Source: Bdellovibrionota bacterium (lineage in GTDB: Bacteria > Bdellovibrionota > UBA1018 > UBA923). From it: a stretch of 16,206 nt of DNA. Location of the stretch: assembly GCA_040754655.1 (NCBI GenBank), contig JBFMCE010000090.1:1-16206 (forward strand). The letters run 5' to 3'. Numbering within the stretch: the first letter of the stretch is position 1; each line of letters opens with the position of its first letter. The notes below the pieces were generated by a model that was not told where the DNA came from, did not search any database, and saw only the letters and a list, made by a program, of their open reading frames with translations. Both the position numbers and the translations under genes were made by a program. Positions 15,543-16,206 of this stretch are shown one piece after another.

Positions 15543-16206
15543 ATGGAATATCCTGAATTCTCTTCTCATACGAGAAAGAAAACGCTGGATCGCCTAGCCC
15601 AAAGTGAAGGCGAGGTTTATGACGCCATCATCATCGGAGGTGGGATCGTAGGGGCTGGCCTCGCCAGAGAGCTTGCGATTCGCGGCATCAAGAGCCTTCT
15701 TGTAGAGAAACGTGATTTTGCGAGCGGCACTTCCAGCAAGTCAAGCAAACTGATTCACGGGGGGCTGCGCTACCTTGAGATGTTTGACTTTGGCCTGGTG
15801 TTTGAGGCGTTGGCTGAACGCCACTGGCTTTTAAAAACCCACCCTCATCTTGTTCAACCGCTTCAGTTCAATCTGCCCATCTACTCAAAAGAGAACGCGC
15901 CCGAGGGCGTTCGAAGCTCTCTTTTATTGGGTCTGGGGCTCTGGGTTTATGATGCGCTCAGTTTGTTCCGTACTCCGTTTTTTCACGGGCGTTATAAAAC
16001 TCAAGATGTGAAACAGCTCTTTCCTGGCATTAGGGAAGAGGGGCTGAAGGGCAGCTATTATTACGCGGACGCGATGATGATGGACGACGAGGTCGTGCTT
16101 GAAACGGTGGCGGATGCGCATAGGCGCGGCGCGACTCTGTTCAACTACGTCGAGGCGCTAGGGGTAGGGCCTCGAACAGCGGAGGGCACCTTTGAGGTGA
16201 GGCTAA
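15543..16206 (+). CDS. glpD: FAD-dependent glycerol-3-phosphate dehydrogenase/oxidase, 3'-truncated by the window edge
   Basis: Missing from the ORF track. Manual translation: MEYPEFSSHTRKKTLDRLAQSEGEVYDAIIIGGGIVGAGLARELAIRGIKSLLVEKRDFASGTSSKSSKLIHGGLRYLE...EALAER...HPHLV. An alternative in-frame GTG at 15534 overlaps the aspS stop (GTGA). Confidence 0.95.
   Translation, partial: MEYPEFSSHTRKKTLDRLAQSEGEVYDAIIIGGGIVGAGLARELAIRGIKSLLVEKRDFASGTSSKSSKLIHGGLRYLEMFDFGLVFEALAERHWLLKTHPHLVQPLQFNLPIYSKENAPEGVRSSLLLGLGLWVYDALSLFRTPFFHGRYKTQDVKQLFPGIREEGLKGSYYYADAMMMDDEVVLETVADAHRRGATLFNYVEALGVGPRTAEGTFEVRL

Noticed and set aside
1..16206. CRISPR arrays, transposases, integrases, prophage or defence genes
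   Set aside because: I saw no regularly spaced direct repeats and no recognisable motifs for these.

Overview
A bacterial chromosomal window of about 50% GC, mostly housekeeping and cell-envelope genes. The gene mix and protein motifs weakly suggest a Bdellovibrionota or deltaproteobacteria-like organism (inference). Layout: [GT2 glycosyltransferase (partial) <- nitronate monooxygenase/FabK-like], divergent from [PHA-system small protein -> murJ -> DUF507-like -> exported thioredoxin-NHL (NHLRC2/SOQ1-like) protein]. That run converges on a secreted M4 (thermolysin-family) protease with a near-consensus sigma-54 promoter and a long hairpin 5' leader. A 640-bp intergenic region follows, then an uncharacterised membrane-anchored protein that appears to contain tandem type IV pilin-like head modules. 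After it come an MltD-type lytic transglycosylase with a clear sigma-70 promoter and a probable operon lysC - degenerate FAD-fold protein - aspS (non-discriminating signature) - glpD (partial). I found no mobile element, CRISPR array, rRNA or tRNA. The best leads are the tandem pilin-like protein, a compact four-way-junction structure that pairs the lysC ribosome-binding site, the sigma-54/hairpin control region of the protease, and the exported SOQ1/NHLRC2-like redox protein. All calls come from reading motifs by eye; no searches were run.
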